A stretch of DNA of 64,000 nt from Convolutriloba macropyga (Eukaryota). Below, one piece after another: positions 21,643 through 34,900 of the stretch. Location of the stretch: NCBI RefSeq assembly GCF_964194025.1, contig NC_134478.1, forward strand, positions 45,942,001 through 46,006,000, in the 5' to 3' direction. Each line of letters starts with the position of its first letter. Position 1 is the first letter of the stretch. The notes under the pieces were generated by a model, which was not told the origin of the DNA, did no database searches, and worked only from the letters and a program-made list of their open reading frames with translations. The position numbers were made by a program, and so were the translations under genes.

Positions 21643-22747
21643 TTAGTCCAGCTTAAACATATAAGGCATATTGATAATCTTCTGATAAATTGGCTTGCAC
21701 GATCTGATGTCTGCTACCATATCTGGATGGTCTTTGGCCAATTCCTCAAGATCCACCACTCTTTCCTTCGAATCCGCAAAAGAGGTCGTAGTGTTGACTC
21801 TTGCGAAGAAGCCCTGCATTGATAACGTTATTACGCTTCAAACTTAGGTTAGCAATAATCAATGTTTTTAATGATTTTCCGCGCTTGGAATCGGAAAATG
21901 TAAAACGCAGTAGAAAAACTGGCTTGGGGCTAGAGGGGGATTCATTTTTTTATATCTATAATTATCACTGTAACCCTGGCAATCAACCGAGTGAAATAAT
22001 TCAGAAGAGAAAATAATGGTTCTCAGAGTGCAAAATATCAGATATACACAAATTTCGGTGGAATAACAAAGAGTGTTTGCCTGTTCTACATCGGACGCTT
22101 CTAGAGTTGCCGGCGAAGTCCAGGTGGGATCCAGAAACTCAGTTGGCTTCCAAGTTAGAAGAGATTCTGTGAACTCAATTCCTGCTTTCTCACAAATTGC
22201 TTTAACAACTTTAGCTGAGCCCTCTTTCGTTGAGAGCTGAGTACCTGTGAGGAAATAAACATCGTTTCTAGTTGCTCCTATTTAAGAGTTCAAAACATAC
22301 CAATTCTGTGAGATCTTTGTGAACACTGGCTTTTCATTAATTTCTTTCAATGAAAAAGATGGTTATAACTCAACGCGTTACTTGCCGTCAATTATCATTG
22401 GAGGTTTACTGGACAACTTGGTCACAGCTTCGATGCCATCCAAAATACACTCATAGAGCACATGCACGCCCAGGAAAATGCTTCTAACAGGGTAGTAGAA
22501 GTACTCCTTTGCGGTCGGAAGAAAACTTGTGAACGCAAATTCTGGATCACGCACCAGGAAAACATTCAAAGAATCTTTCTCAATCACTTCTTCGTGACGC
22601 CCTCTTAACGTGAAGAAAAAGTCTTTCATGATTTTCACTTTTGCTGGGTGTTCGTTCCATTGTTTAATGATGGCATCCGTGTTGAAGCCGGGAACTATTG
22701 GGATGTTTTGTATGGCCCCAAGATCCTCAGGGCGCTCTGTGTACATG
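21643..22747 (-). CDS. P-loop sulfotransferase-like protein (Sulfotransfer_5 / BCAT-like N-terminal domain type); exons 22747-22386, 22244-22081, 21813-21643; first exon not located
   Basis: Spliced product MYTERPEDL...KIMKDFFF...NVFLVRDPEFAFTS...PPMIID|GTQLSTKEGSAKVVKAICEKAGIEFTESLLTW...|GFFARVNTTTSF...CKPIYQKII...LD*. This matches the family pattern KD..., FLxRDP, VID, CxxxGIxFxxxMLxW, STGF, CxPxY. Exon phases are consistent and there are no internal stops. Confidence 0.8.
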
Positions 22748-25079
22748 CTTGTAAAAGAAATTATTTCATTTTTGGCTAATTATTAAATAATTTTGCTGGA
22801 CACTGATCGTTCGCAATAGAGCCTGCCCTCAAAATATCGTTTTAACACCCAACCAAAATGGGTTTTGTAAACCAGAACGGCCAAGACTCAAATGTTCTAT
22901 GACGGCGGAAAATATCAGTTTCCTTATATTTTTTTGTCTTCTTTGAAAATTCCTTAATTATAAAAGCAGTTGAAGCCTTTGGTAGAATTTGTGAGAAAAC
23001 TTTTCTGTCGTAAGCTTGCTCTGCACAAAATCTCACAAAACAAACTTACCTTTCTGTTCCGGGCAGCGTATTTAACAAAAGACATTTGAGAAAAAATCAA
23101 AAGTTGACAATTTTGTGTAATGAATAATGAAAATGTTTTGTGATATCAAAAACGCGACTTTGACAAGGAACTGTCAAAAAGAATTGCTCAATTAAACTTC
23201 TTTTGTGCAACTAAGTTTCTCATTGCAATAATTAGAGCTCAGCTGCTGATAAAGACAAAACAAGGGGGCTTGGTTTTGTGCGTTCGCACATAATGTTCCG
23301 ACCCGAGCTCATCTACATTTTTGACTTAATCGTCAACCAAATTAAGAGATGTTATAAAATAGATATTTGAGTTTGAAAGTTACACACTCAAACTACTGAT
23401 TGAATTAAATAATGTCATGTCTCTTGAGAGCGCTCACGAGACAAAAAATTCCTGATAAATTTACTAAAAAGTCCTTAGGAATCAATAAGTCTTGTTATTG
23501 GTTAGACATTGCCATAGAGACGGACAAAAGGTGCTGAAAAACTCGAAAAACTACAATCCATTTTTTTAAATTTCAACTATTTATTGTGCTAGGTCAGTTA
23601 AAATTACACTGAAAGAATAAAAATGTTCACTTTGGCCTCATTTGAAAATCATTGGGATCTGTTAATAACGCAACTGTGCTAAAAAGAGAAAAAGAAACAT
23701 AAATGTTGACCACTCATAATTTTTTTGATGAAAACGTATATTGCCCCAAAACAAAACATCAGTTATGACATGGTATCAATAGACAATTTAATGTTTGAAT
23801 TAAAAGTAAGTGCATGATGTGCTCTCAATGATGGGAATAAATTACAAGTTGACAAGAAAAACTACAAAAATTGAAAAGTTTAAATATTTTTTGAAAACAA
23901 ACAATATCATAAACATCAAGATTATTAGCTATAAATTGACCGCATTGAGTAAGTTCATCCAATCAGCAATTAGAAGAAGTTGATGAAAACTCTCAGCATT
24001 CAGAAAAATGTTTGCGACTACATAAAGAATAAAAAAACTGGCAAAAACAGAAAATTCACAAACAAATTGAGAGAAAGGTGTTGAAGCTGTTAAAAAATGA
24101 ACTGTCCAGTATGAACTTTTTTATTTCCCACTAATTGTTTTAACAGCAATCGGATTTATTTATTGTAGCAATGTGACTTCAAAATATCAACAAATTTGAA
24201 CTAATGTATTGAAACCAAGAAATTTTTAAGGAAACCCGTAGCATCAAAGCCATTAAATTCAATAGATATCAACGAAAATCAGTAATTACTCTAAATTTTG
24301 CCTCATAGACAGTGATATCTCTTGTCCATAAGTAATCGATAAGTCATCACAATAAGCGTTAGCACTATGAAAACGACAAAAACTTGTCTATAATCAATTC
24401 AACGTCTTTAAGTCAATGGGAACCGTCAATATGATGATAATGTGATAAGGTTTCAAAAGGAACCAAAATTAAGAAAAATATCCGAAAATTAAAGAAAAAT
24501 TAAAAATCTCGTCATAGAACCAGTAGTTACTAGATAATATCGCTAACCAGATTAGTTTTGGTTTCAGTAAAAAGAAAAAGTGGTCCTGTCATTAGTGAGA
24601 CTGACCTACAAGTTCACAGAAATAAGTTTAAGTGTGGTTATTTTTCAAAAGACTTTTTTTCGAAAAATTAATTTTGAAGTCTTAACAGCCAATAGCTGTC
24701 TCCTTAAAGCACTAGAAAGAATCACTAATGCCCCTTAGGAAGCCTACTATGCTTTTAGTCAACGAGTCTTTGCCATAAGACTACAAAAATTTAATAAAAT
24801 CTCAAAAAGAAAATCAGTATTTTTTAAAAAAGTACGAAAACTTTAAATGATGTTTGTCATTAACGGAACTTTGATATGAAAAGTGACTAATCTCTAATGA
24901 CTTGAAAAAAAAACAAAAAATATTAAGAGGTTTTCAAAACACAGCATTTCAAATTGAGTTCGATTTTTTTATATTAAACTTACCTATGAGACCAAAACTA
25001 GCCTTTTTCAATATGTTTACTTGACCCAAAAAATTCACTGTGTTGAATGTCTTATTTTTTAACATTCAAAATAAACAGA

Positions 25080-25270
25080 TTGCCAGAGCAGTGATGAGAA
25101 TCATTCTCAGAGTAATTATCTTTTGGTTCGAATGACAATCCATCAATAAAGCTCCAACAGTTCTCATCTTGTCCATCGCAATTAAGGAACTGTCCAACGG
25201 TTCTCATGAACACAGCAGCGCATTTCTTTTATGTTTTGTTCATTTGCACAATTTTACCTTTTGTGTCCAT
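25080..25270 (-). pseudogene. Possible degenerate N-terminal segment of a sulfotransferase-like gene or paralog
   Basis: MDTKGKIVQMNKT*KKCAAVFMRTVGQFLNCDGQDENCW loosely resembles the family N-terminus (W..PRS.ST.FMR...Q.....E). Has an in-frame TAA, and no clean phase-2 donor was found. Confidence 0.3.
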
Positions 25271-28200
25271 TTGTCTAAAAATTTTATTTCCATATATTAG
25301 AAGCTTGATTTCAAAATTCTATGCAACAGAATAATTCTTAATTGAACAGTTCCAAATCACGCACTTTATTTAAAAGGAGTGAATTGATATTTTTTGCTGA
25401 GGACTAATGTTTGGGTGAGCAGAAATGTTTTAGAATAATAAAAAACTGTTAATAATGTTAGATCTTACCCTCACCTTTTCACCTACCGATACTTTTGTAA
25501 CATATACCGAAAAAGCAAGCAAAAAATTCTTTGAAATCTGTCAAGTGAAAACGTGTTTGGTCCGCACTGGTATCTATAAGCTACATCTATCCTTTAAGTC
25601 TTTAAATCGTATTTGAAATATTCTTTAGCGTGAAAAGTTACTTTTTTGTATCTTAGTTAAAAATTATATAATTTTTTAGTATTTACGTTTTCTAGTTCTC
25701 TTGATTCGCGAAAGAAATAAATCCCAGCCTGTCTTTGTCTCCCAGGAGGTAGGCCCAAATAAAGTTTTCGAAGAAAACTTTCGAGTCTGGAATATTTGAC
25801 AAACATCTCATCAAAGCTGTTGATCTGGATCTTGGAACAAACCAAATGTTTATCTGGACCATTGTTTTTTCTGTTTTATATAAGCTTCAATTGTATTAAT
25901 TGATTATGTTCTGATTCCTCTACAGACTTGAGAACTCAAAACTTCAAAAATTTACAAGGCTCCAAAATATTTTTTCACTAAATTGCGTTTTTGATTCACA
26001 GAATTTTGATTAGTAAAGTATTGCCATAAAACGCACTGTGTTGATCTTGTTTGATTGATTTCTGGTCATAATTTAGTTTTTTTTTCAATTCGGATTCTGT
26101 AATCACTAATGAAAATCCTAGAGAGTTGGGAAAAAATGAATCTTACAGTGCAAAGAAAAGTTGATTGCAAAGCCTGAATGAAAATTTGACAACAAGTTTT
26201 GAGTTCTTGCTATACTGACAGTAAATATAATTCTGATATTATAATTTTTGGAGAAATTGACTGCTTTTAATCTACCGAAAAAGCTTGGCAACCTTGAACT
26301 CTAAATGAATCCTATCTAAGCTTGCTTTGATAAATACTAAAGAATGCTTGCTACATCTGTTTGTGTTAGATAGCAGTCAGCTTTAGCTGGAGTTGCTAAA
26401 CACTTGTTAAACCAATCTCGAACCGCAGCTTTATATAACCGCGGGTTGGCTATCAGTTTATGATTACGTAATAAGTTTAGAGTGTTAAACAGGTTCAAGT
26501 TATGGGCTCTAAGCACCATAGCAAACATGGGCAAAACTCTGTCAAGAAGAAATATTGACAATAAGTATATTGACTTTGATCTAAGGCAAAATTTCATGAA
26601 CAGATTTTGAAAATTTACTTTTGAAAATGGTTATTTATCAGCAGGAAATCACGCAAAACCGGGTTCTCAGTGTTCGGGATCTCCGCCAATTTTCTATTAA
26701 AAAAAAGTGAGAAATGGACGCAAAAAATGCGCAGCATGAAACGAACGAAAAGTGCGCAGAATAAGCGGAAATTTTTAGCAATGTGAGCTAAATTCTTGCT
26801 AACAAGATCTAGTATTAGGAACAGAATGAACAGGATGAGTATAATGCGCCACTGCCAAACTATCCTCTTCAATTTCACAAAACGTATCTTAACATTTGTA
26901 AAACAGACTGTAAAGGCTGGAATTTGTTAAAGAAGTAAACAGTTTGTTATTTTGTCACTCGTTGCTACAAATTAGCAAATTATGTCTCTGCGTTGTTTCT
27001 TAGATTTTTCAGTGTAAAGACATCCGATTCCATAGTTAGGGGTAGCATTTATCCACACCGTATGTTGCTCACAGTCCACCATTATTTGGACAAGTTTGCC
27101 TTTAAGGATCATAATAATACCATGGATTTCATATACCGTTTTCAATTAATCTAAGTTCGAAGACGCTTTTTTACTCCACTCGACTGCATTTTGCTAAAAA
27201 ATTTTATCGGTTCTGAAAAGATTGTCAGTAAAAACGAGCATTTTTTTGATTTGTTCTTATCAACTTTAGTGGGGTAGGAACCGTACACTTAATTGGGTAT
27301 TTTGTACAGTCAATTTTGGACGAGGAATGTCAGTGCTATCATTAGGAAGATTCAATTTCTTGACTGAATTTTTTTTTTGCTGAGTTTTCTCAAAATTCAG
27401 ACTTCTTAAAATCAAAATTTGCACCAAATAAGGTCTTTTAGTCCCCTTTGTTTAATTTGACGGATTAACACAAGTGAAAGCCACTTACACAATCTTCGTT
27501 AACACAGAAGATTTGGTTTGCGCTTTCTCTCAGAGTGTTTTTCAGTTAAACTTTTTTGCAAGTTTTTTGCTAATTTAAGTCGATAAGTATTAGAAGTGCA
27601 TCATTTATTTTTTTTATTTTTGATATATTGACTTTTTGGCAAAATATCCATATCCATAATCTTAGGTATATTTAAGTGTTCCTGATGGACTAGAAGTACT
27701 ACTAAGGCTAGTGTTGCTCTCGTTGTTTTTGATCATCCCAAAATATTGCGAATTGGAATCAGTCGCTGTCCTTTTTGAAGATGTTTTCACATTTTAGGTG
27801 TTTATGATAATTACAGAACAGAACAATTCAAATCAGGGCTTACTATTGTCAGTTCCAGTTGCATTCTTAAGGAGTTATTAATTAACCTGTCTAGTTTTTT
27901 GTCGAAAGGTTATGGTTGTTATGAAGTTTTTAAAAAAAATTATTTTCAAAACAAAAATGGGTTGTTGAATTTTGTCACTTTTTTCTACTTTTTTGTTCAA
28001 ATTTTAGCTTAAAGTTCGCAAAAACAAACCGCATAGTCTTTCTAATTGTTTAGATATTAATTTTTTTGCGTTTTTTTAATGGTTTTAGTTAATGGTTTTG
28101 GGTTTGATACTACGAGTTTTACTAAAAATTCTTTGATTTTTGGACTTTTTCCATCTTTGAAATGCTCTTTAGTGTCTTGTCACTTTCTTGACAGATTAGA

Positions 28201-28788
28201 TTTCCCATGGCCTCGACACCCTCCTCTAGCATAACTTAATGAAGAAATATGCCTCTATTTGTCGTTCTATTTGTAATCTGATGAAAGCGGAGTCCTGGAG
28301 TGTTTGAAAGAAAGAACCAAATTATGGATTTCAGTTGGTAGGTAAAGTATTCCGTGACTTCGAAATTAAAGGTTTTGAGGAAATATAGACCTATTTTTAA
28401 GCATTAAATTTGCGCTTTGCTGTTCTTAATCGTCTACTTGTAACCTAGTCTTATTAACTACAAGTCGCATATCAAATTTTTGTTTTTGAAGAAAGGTACA
28501 TATGAACAAACCTGGTGTTTTTAGTGCACTGCTTAATGTTCTAACGGCTTCGACACCTGTTTTTTTAACAAAGGTTTAATTTTGTTTATTTGTGTTTGTA
28601 TTTGTCGTTCTTTTGCAGAAGTATGACAAATTCTAAAACATGACAGATCTCATTGGTTTTCTTGAAGTAGAGAAATAAGTTAACCTTGTTGATGGCGAAT
28701 GATTTTTGAGATTAAAACAGATTGTTTTGGCAAAATATTAAAATTTTTTGTTTTGCTTGTTGCCTAGTCTCGCTATTCGGAAATCACT

Positions 28789-29054
28789 TGAAAATGTCGA
28801 TGCTTCTTGGGGGATTCGTTTGGTTCTCGGTTGGGGGGCGTCGACTTGCCTTCTTTCTAAGCTTTCTGATTTGTTCTTTGACGTTTCTCAAAACCTTAGT
28901 CCTCAAAATTACCTTAATTCCATTGTTGCCAAGTGCCCTTTTTTGGTTTCAAATTCTTGTGTTATGAACCAATATTTTTTAGTTTACAACGATTATGACA
29001 ATTTTGCGGTAAATATTTAGCGCCAATGAAAGAAGATTATCGATGTCGATAACA
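28789..29054 (-). repeat. BEL-1 3' LTR (duplicated copy)
   Basis: TG...CA bounded (plus strand TGAAAATGTCGATG...GATGTCGATAACA); homologous to 32530-32784 and 40280-40485; PPT-like AGGTTAGGTTAGGCAGGCCCGAGAA precedes it on the minus strand. Confidence 0.85.
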
Positions 29055-29079
29055 TTCTCGGGGCCTGCCTAACCTAACC

Positions 29080-31937
29080 TTATTGGGTTGGTTTCGAGAA
29101 AACATGTGCTAATCTCACAGCTGGGCAGGTAAGAAGACCTAGAGCGGTTTTTACTTCACAAGATCTAGCAGTATGGTCGGGGCCGGTGAACGTCCTTGTC
29201 ACGCGTCCTAAGGGCCAGATTCCTCTCGGAATCCACTCTTCAGGTACCCAAACAACATCGTTGACTTCAAGCTTTGATTCTGGGTTGGTCCACTTCCTTC
29301 GGGTGTTCAGGGTAGGCAAGTATTCTCGGACCAGCCTCTTCCATATTGCTTCCAGTCGTTGTCTGATCTGCGTCCAACTTTTCGTCTTCAGTGAAGGGTA
29401 CTCGTTGAATACACACGCAGGTATGTTAGGGAGTGCTCGACCAATCAGGAAATGATTTGGCGTTAGTGGATCTTCGTCTTCGTTGTCGCTTCTGACGTGC
29501 GTCAAGGGGCGTGCATTAACTAAGCATTCTGCTTCTGCGACAATGGTTGTGAAGACGTCCCAAGTCAATTTGGCAGAACCCAAATTCACAAGAAGAGCTC
29601 GTTTTACTATCTGTACGAGCCTTTCCCGCACGCCTCCAAAGTGAGGAGCAGAAGGGGGATTGAGGCGCCAATCAACTGACTGGTTCAGCAAGTTGTTCTT
29701 GATAAAGTCATGGTCCAACTGCAGATTTTGTCTTCTGATTTGTTTTCTGGCTCCCAGGAAGTTGCTTCCGTTATCACTTAGTAAGAGCCGTGGTTGTCCA
29801 CGTCGAGCAATGAATCTGCGAATGGCTGTCATACAAACTGATGTTGTCAGATCTTTTGTCACTTCCAAGTATACTGCTCGAGTCACTGAGCAGTTGAAAA
29901 GACAGATATAGGCCTTCTCTTCTTTGCCCCTTTGAATAACGGTGAAGGGCCCAATATAATCAAGTCCTACATTCGTGAAGGTAACGGGTGATTCGTTTTC
30001 TGGAAATCGGGCATCAGGCAGATCTTCCATAGGTGGCTGAAGACCTTGTCCTTTAAAGCGTCAACATTCAAAGCACTTGTATGAAATGCTGCGTAAGGAG
30101 TCTCTTAAGCCAAAAACATAGTAACTTTGCTGTACAAAGTTTTTGACATACTCAGGTCCAAAATGCATGCAGATTTCATGGCACTTCTCCAAGAATAGTC
30201 GGGCGATTGATTCCTTTGCGTTAAGAACAATTGGATGCTTTGTGTTATATCCCAATGTACTTCTCTTTGTTCTGCCACCAACTCTTAAAATATTATCCTT
30301 CAGAAAGGGTGAGAGCGGCAGAAGTCTGTCTTTGGATGACAAATTCTTGTTTTTGTTCAAAAGAGCTATTGAGGGACCAAACGAATTCTGCTGTGATACT
30401 TGGATAAGGTGGTTCCTGGCATTTTCGACGTCGTTGATGTTGAGTGCTCTTTTGGATTTAGTTCGCAAGATTTCGATGAACCGAAACACTTGAGCTGTTG
30501 TTTTTAACAACTTCGTCCATTTTGAGATTTTTTTGGCTGCGACCAGTGGTTGAATTGTTTGTTGCACCATTGTGGTGTTTGTCTTCTCGGTGTTGAGAAA
30601 AGTGCTCCAGTTTTCTTTTGTTTCGAACAAAATTGCTGGTGGGCTTAGCCAATGCTCTTTAATGTCAGCAGGAAGAATACCTCGAAAAACGTGATCGCCA
30701 GGATTGCTTTTCCCAATGATATGTCTCCAGCTGCTGGTTGGCGATTGACTTTGAATTTCGCTTACTCGGTTGCCCACAAAAACTTTGAGTTTTTCTGAGT
30801 TTTTGATCCAAGCCAGGACAGCCATGCTGTCACACCAAAATGTGGTATCCTTGAACTCTATAGTATGGTGTTTCTTGATGAAGTGAGCTAAACGAGTTCC
30901 AAGGACGGTGGCTTTAAGCTCGAGTTTTGGGATACTTAGCTGCTTGATTGGAGCAACTTTGGCTTTGCTCATTAGGAAACAACAAGATACGCCGTGTTCA
31001 GAGATAATTCGGGCATAAGCAACGGCACCATAGGCTAGTTGAGAAACATAGGTAAAAACGTGTAGTTCAAAGGTTTTGCTGGTTGCTACATCTAGTGTGA
31101 GACAGCGAGGGACTTCGATTGGGGGAGAGCACATGTAATTGTCTATCCAAGTTTGAATTGATTTACTCTTCTCCTGTGGCAGGTGGTCATCCCATGCTAG
31201 ACCCTCTTTCCATATCTCTTGTAGTATAATCATCAGAGTGATGATTACGGGCGCTATAATCCCTAGTGGGTCAAAAAGGCATGCAATTAGAGAGAGTAGT
31301 TTTCGAACAGTGTAATTATCTGCGTTGGTATCGAACTTTGATGGTTTATGATTGAAAATTTTGTCAGTTGATTTATTACATTGAACATCAAGTACGCGGT
31401 GACAGTCCTTGCTGTTTTCATCACCATCGTTGGCATTGTCTATTGCTGTTTGCTCATTGGAGACAAACTTTGTCAAGTTAAGGCCCGCTCTCATGAGGGT
31501 TTTCTTCAGCGACACTGCGGCTTCTTGTGCAATCTCCACCGTTTCGAAGGAATGTACGAAATCGTCCATGTAAAAACTGTTTTTAGCCAGATTTTCAATC
31601 ATTTGGTTCAGCGCAAAATCTGCTGCCGTTTTCTGGAGGACAAAAATGACTGTTGATGGTGAGCATCGAGCGCCAAAAATGAGACGGTGTACTGGAATTG
31701 CTTCACGCTGTGATTGGTAGGCCACAGAAATCTCATTGAAGGTTGGTCTTTCTCAATTATTCCTACTTGCATAAACATTGCCTCAATATCGGCGCTGATT
31801 GCAACTGGATTTTTTCTGAAGTGAAGCAGGAGACCAACCAGATTGTTATTCAGGTCTGGGTCTGTCAAAAGGTTACTATTCAGAGAATTCCCTTTAAAAA
31901 CGGATGCAGCATTTGAAACTCGCCGTACCTTTCCAGG
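29080..31937 (-). pseudogene. BEL/Pao pol fragment: partial RT, Pao peptidase A17/RNaseH, complete integrase + DUF5641-like C-terminus
   Basis: YMDD, FDPLG, ELHVF, SKAKVAP, PKLEL, CDSM, CFEC, GLDYIGP, SDNGSNF, PPSAPHFGG, PLTPNHFLIG, WPLGRV. TGA at 30061-30063 and a frameshift near 31690. Confidence 0.92.
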
Positions 31938-34900
31938 CTCGACACCCATGGCCTTGACACCCTCCTCTAGCATAACTTAATGAAGAAATATGCCTCTATT
32001 TGTTGTTCTATTTGTAATCTGATGAAAGCGGAGTCCTGGAGTGTTTGAAAGAAAGAACCAAATTATGGATTTCAGTTGATAGGTAAAGTATTCCGTGACT
32101 TCGAAATTAAAAGTTTTGAGGAAATATAGACCTATTTTTAAGCATTAACATTGCGCTTTGCTGTTCTTAATCGTCTACTTGTAACCTAGTCTTATTAACT
32201 ACAAGTCGCATATCAAATTTTTGTTTTTGAAGAAAGGTACATATGAACAAACCTGGTGTTTTTAGTGCACTGCTTAATGTTCTAACGGCTTCGACACCTG
32301 TTTTTTTAACAAAGGTCTAATTTTTTTTATTTTTGTTTGTATTTATCGTTCTTTTGCAGAAGTATGACAAATTCTAAAACATGACAGATCTCATTGGTTT
32401 TCTTGAAGTGGAGAAATAAGTTAACCTTGTTGATGGCGAATGATTTTTGAGATTAAAACAGATTGTTTTGGCAAAATATTAAAATTTTTTGTTTTGCTTG
32501 TTGCCTAGTCTCGCTATTCGGAAATCACTTGAAAATGTCGATGCGTCTTGGAGATTCGTTTGGTTCTCGGTTGGGGGGCGTCGACTTGCCTTCTTTCTAA
32601 GCTTTCTGATTTGTTCTTTGACGTTTTAGTCCTCAAAATTACCTTAATTCCATTGTTGCCAAGTGCCCTTTTTTGGTTTCAAATTCTTGTGTTATGAACC
32701 AATATTTTTTAGTTTACAACGATTATGACAATTTTGCGGTAAATAGTTAGCGCCAATGAAAGAAGATTATTGATGTCGATAACATTCTCGGGGCCTGCCT
32801 AACCTAACCTTATTGGGTTGGTTTCGAGAAAACATGTGCTAATCTTGGATGCTTTGTGTTATATCCCAATGTACTTCTCTTTGTTCTGCCACCAACTCTT
32901 AAAATATTATCCTTCAGAAAGGGTGAGAGCGGCAGAAGTCTGTCTTTGGATGACAAATTCTTGTTTTTGTTCAAAAGAGCTATTGAGGGACCAAACGAAT
33001 TCTGCTGTGATACTTGGATAAGGTGGTTCCTGGCGTTTTCGACGTCGTTGATGTTGAGTGCTCTTTTGGATTTAGTTCGCAAGATTTCGATGAACCGAAA
33101 CACTTGAGCTGTTGTTTTTAACAACTTCGTCCATTTTGAGAATTTTTTGTCTGCGACCAGTGGTTGAATTGTTTGTTGCACCATTGTGGTGTTTGTCTTC
33201 TCGGTGTTGAGAAAAGTGCTCCAGTTTCTTTTGTTTTGAACAAAATTGCTGGTGGGCTTAGCCAATGCTGTTTAATGTCAGCAGGAAGAATACCTCGAGA
33301 AACGTGATCGGCAGGATTGCTTTTCCCACTGATATGTCTCCAGCTGCTGGTTGGCGATTGACTCTGAATTTCGCTTACTCGGTTGCCCACAAAAACTTTG
33401 AGTTTTTCTGAGTTTTTGATCTAAGCCAGGACAGACATGCTGTCACACCAAATTGTGGTATCCTTGAACTCTATAGTATGGTGTTTCTTGATGAAGTGAG
33501 CTAAACGAGTTCCAAGGACGGCGGCTTGAAGCTCGAGTTTTGGGATACTTAGCTGCTTGATTGGAGCAACTTTGGCTTTGCTCATTAGGAAACAACAAGA
33601 TACGCCGTGTTCAGAGATAATTCGGGCATAAGCAACGGCACCATAGGCTAGTTGAGAAGCATCCGTAAAAACGTGTAGTTCAAAGGTTTTGCTGGTTGCT
33701 ACATCTAGTGTGAGACAGCGAGGGACTTCGATTGGGGGAGAGCACATGTAATTGTCTATCCAAGTTTGAATTGATTTACTCTTCTCCTGTGGCAGGTGGT
33801 CATCCCTTGCTAGACCCTCTTTCCATATCTCTTGTAGTATAATAATCAGAGTGATGATTACGGGAGCTATAATTCCTAGTGGGTCAAAAAGGCATGCAAT
33901 TAGAGAGAGTAGTTTTCGAACAGTGTAAATATCTGCTTTGGTATCGAACTTTGATGGTTTATGATGGAAAATTTTGTCAGTTGATTTATTCCATTGAACA
34001 TCAAGTACGCGGTGACAGTCCTTGCTGTTTTCATCACCATCGTTGGCATTGTCTATTGCTGTTTGCTCATTGGAGACAAACTTTGTCAAGTTAAGGCCCG
34101 CTCTCATGAGGGTTTTCTTCAGCGACACTGCGGCTTCTTGTGCAATCTCCACCGTTTCGAAGGAATGTACGAAATCGTCCATGTAAAAACTGTTTTTAGC
34201 CAGATTTTCAATCATTTGGTTCAGCGCAAAATCTGCTGCCGTTTTCTGGAGGACAAAAATGACTGTTGATGGTGAGCATCGAGCGCCAAAAATGAGACGG
34301 TGTACTGGAATTGCTTCACGCTGTGATTGGTAGGCCACAGAAATCTCATTGAAGGTTGGTCTTTCTCAATTATTCCTACTTGCATAAACATTGCCTCAAT
34401 ATCGGCGCTGATTGCAACTGGATTTTTTCTGAAGCGAAGCAGGAGACCAACCAGATTGTTATTCAGGTCGGGGTCTGTCAAAAGGTTACTGTTCAGGGAA
34501 TTCCCTTTAAAAACGGATGCAGCATTTGAAACTCGCCGTACCTTTCCAGGCTTACTGGGGTTGGTGACTGGGTGATGTGGTAAGTACCATACGCAGCTAG
34601 GGGCGATGCTAGAGAAAATAACTGGTTTGACATATCCCTTCTCGATGTCTGTATCAAGTGTCTTCTGATGCATCTCTTTCAGGAGCTGATCTTTGCTTAG
34701 TTTCTTTTCGAGGCTTTGAGTTTGTGCCTTGGCTACAGGGTAGTTGTTCTCCAAATTTTACTTTTTTTCCAGAGGAGACCGATTTCATACCTCTCGCCTT
34801 TGTGCCGCACTGTATCATTCAATATTTTAAGTGCTCTGGTGTCATCTTTTGATAGAGGCGTTTCATTTTCTTTTTCCGTTCCCGATGAATCTATCTTCCA

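Larger units (their letters stand above)
28205..31940 (-). repeat. Tandem segmental duplicate of host flank + 3' LTR + integrase/RNaseH/partial RT of BEL-1
   Basis: 28205-29115 is near identical to 31945-32845, and 30231-31937 to 32846-34552. The duplicate includes ~580 bp of non-element flank outside the LTR. Confidence 0.9.

Noticed and set aside
26900-28788. Possible very old retroelement coding relic flanking BEL-1 (continuing at 40490-41000)
   Set aside because: Strand-biased composition, but no diagnostic motif could be read with confidence.
28205-29080. The ~870 bp direct repeat (also 31945-32810) as one long LTR of a second insertion
   Set aside because: Only 28789-29054 matches the 5' LTR at 40280-40485; the remainder is duplicated host flank, so this is a segmental duplication.
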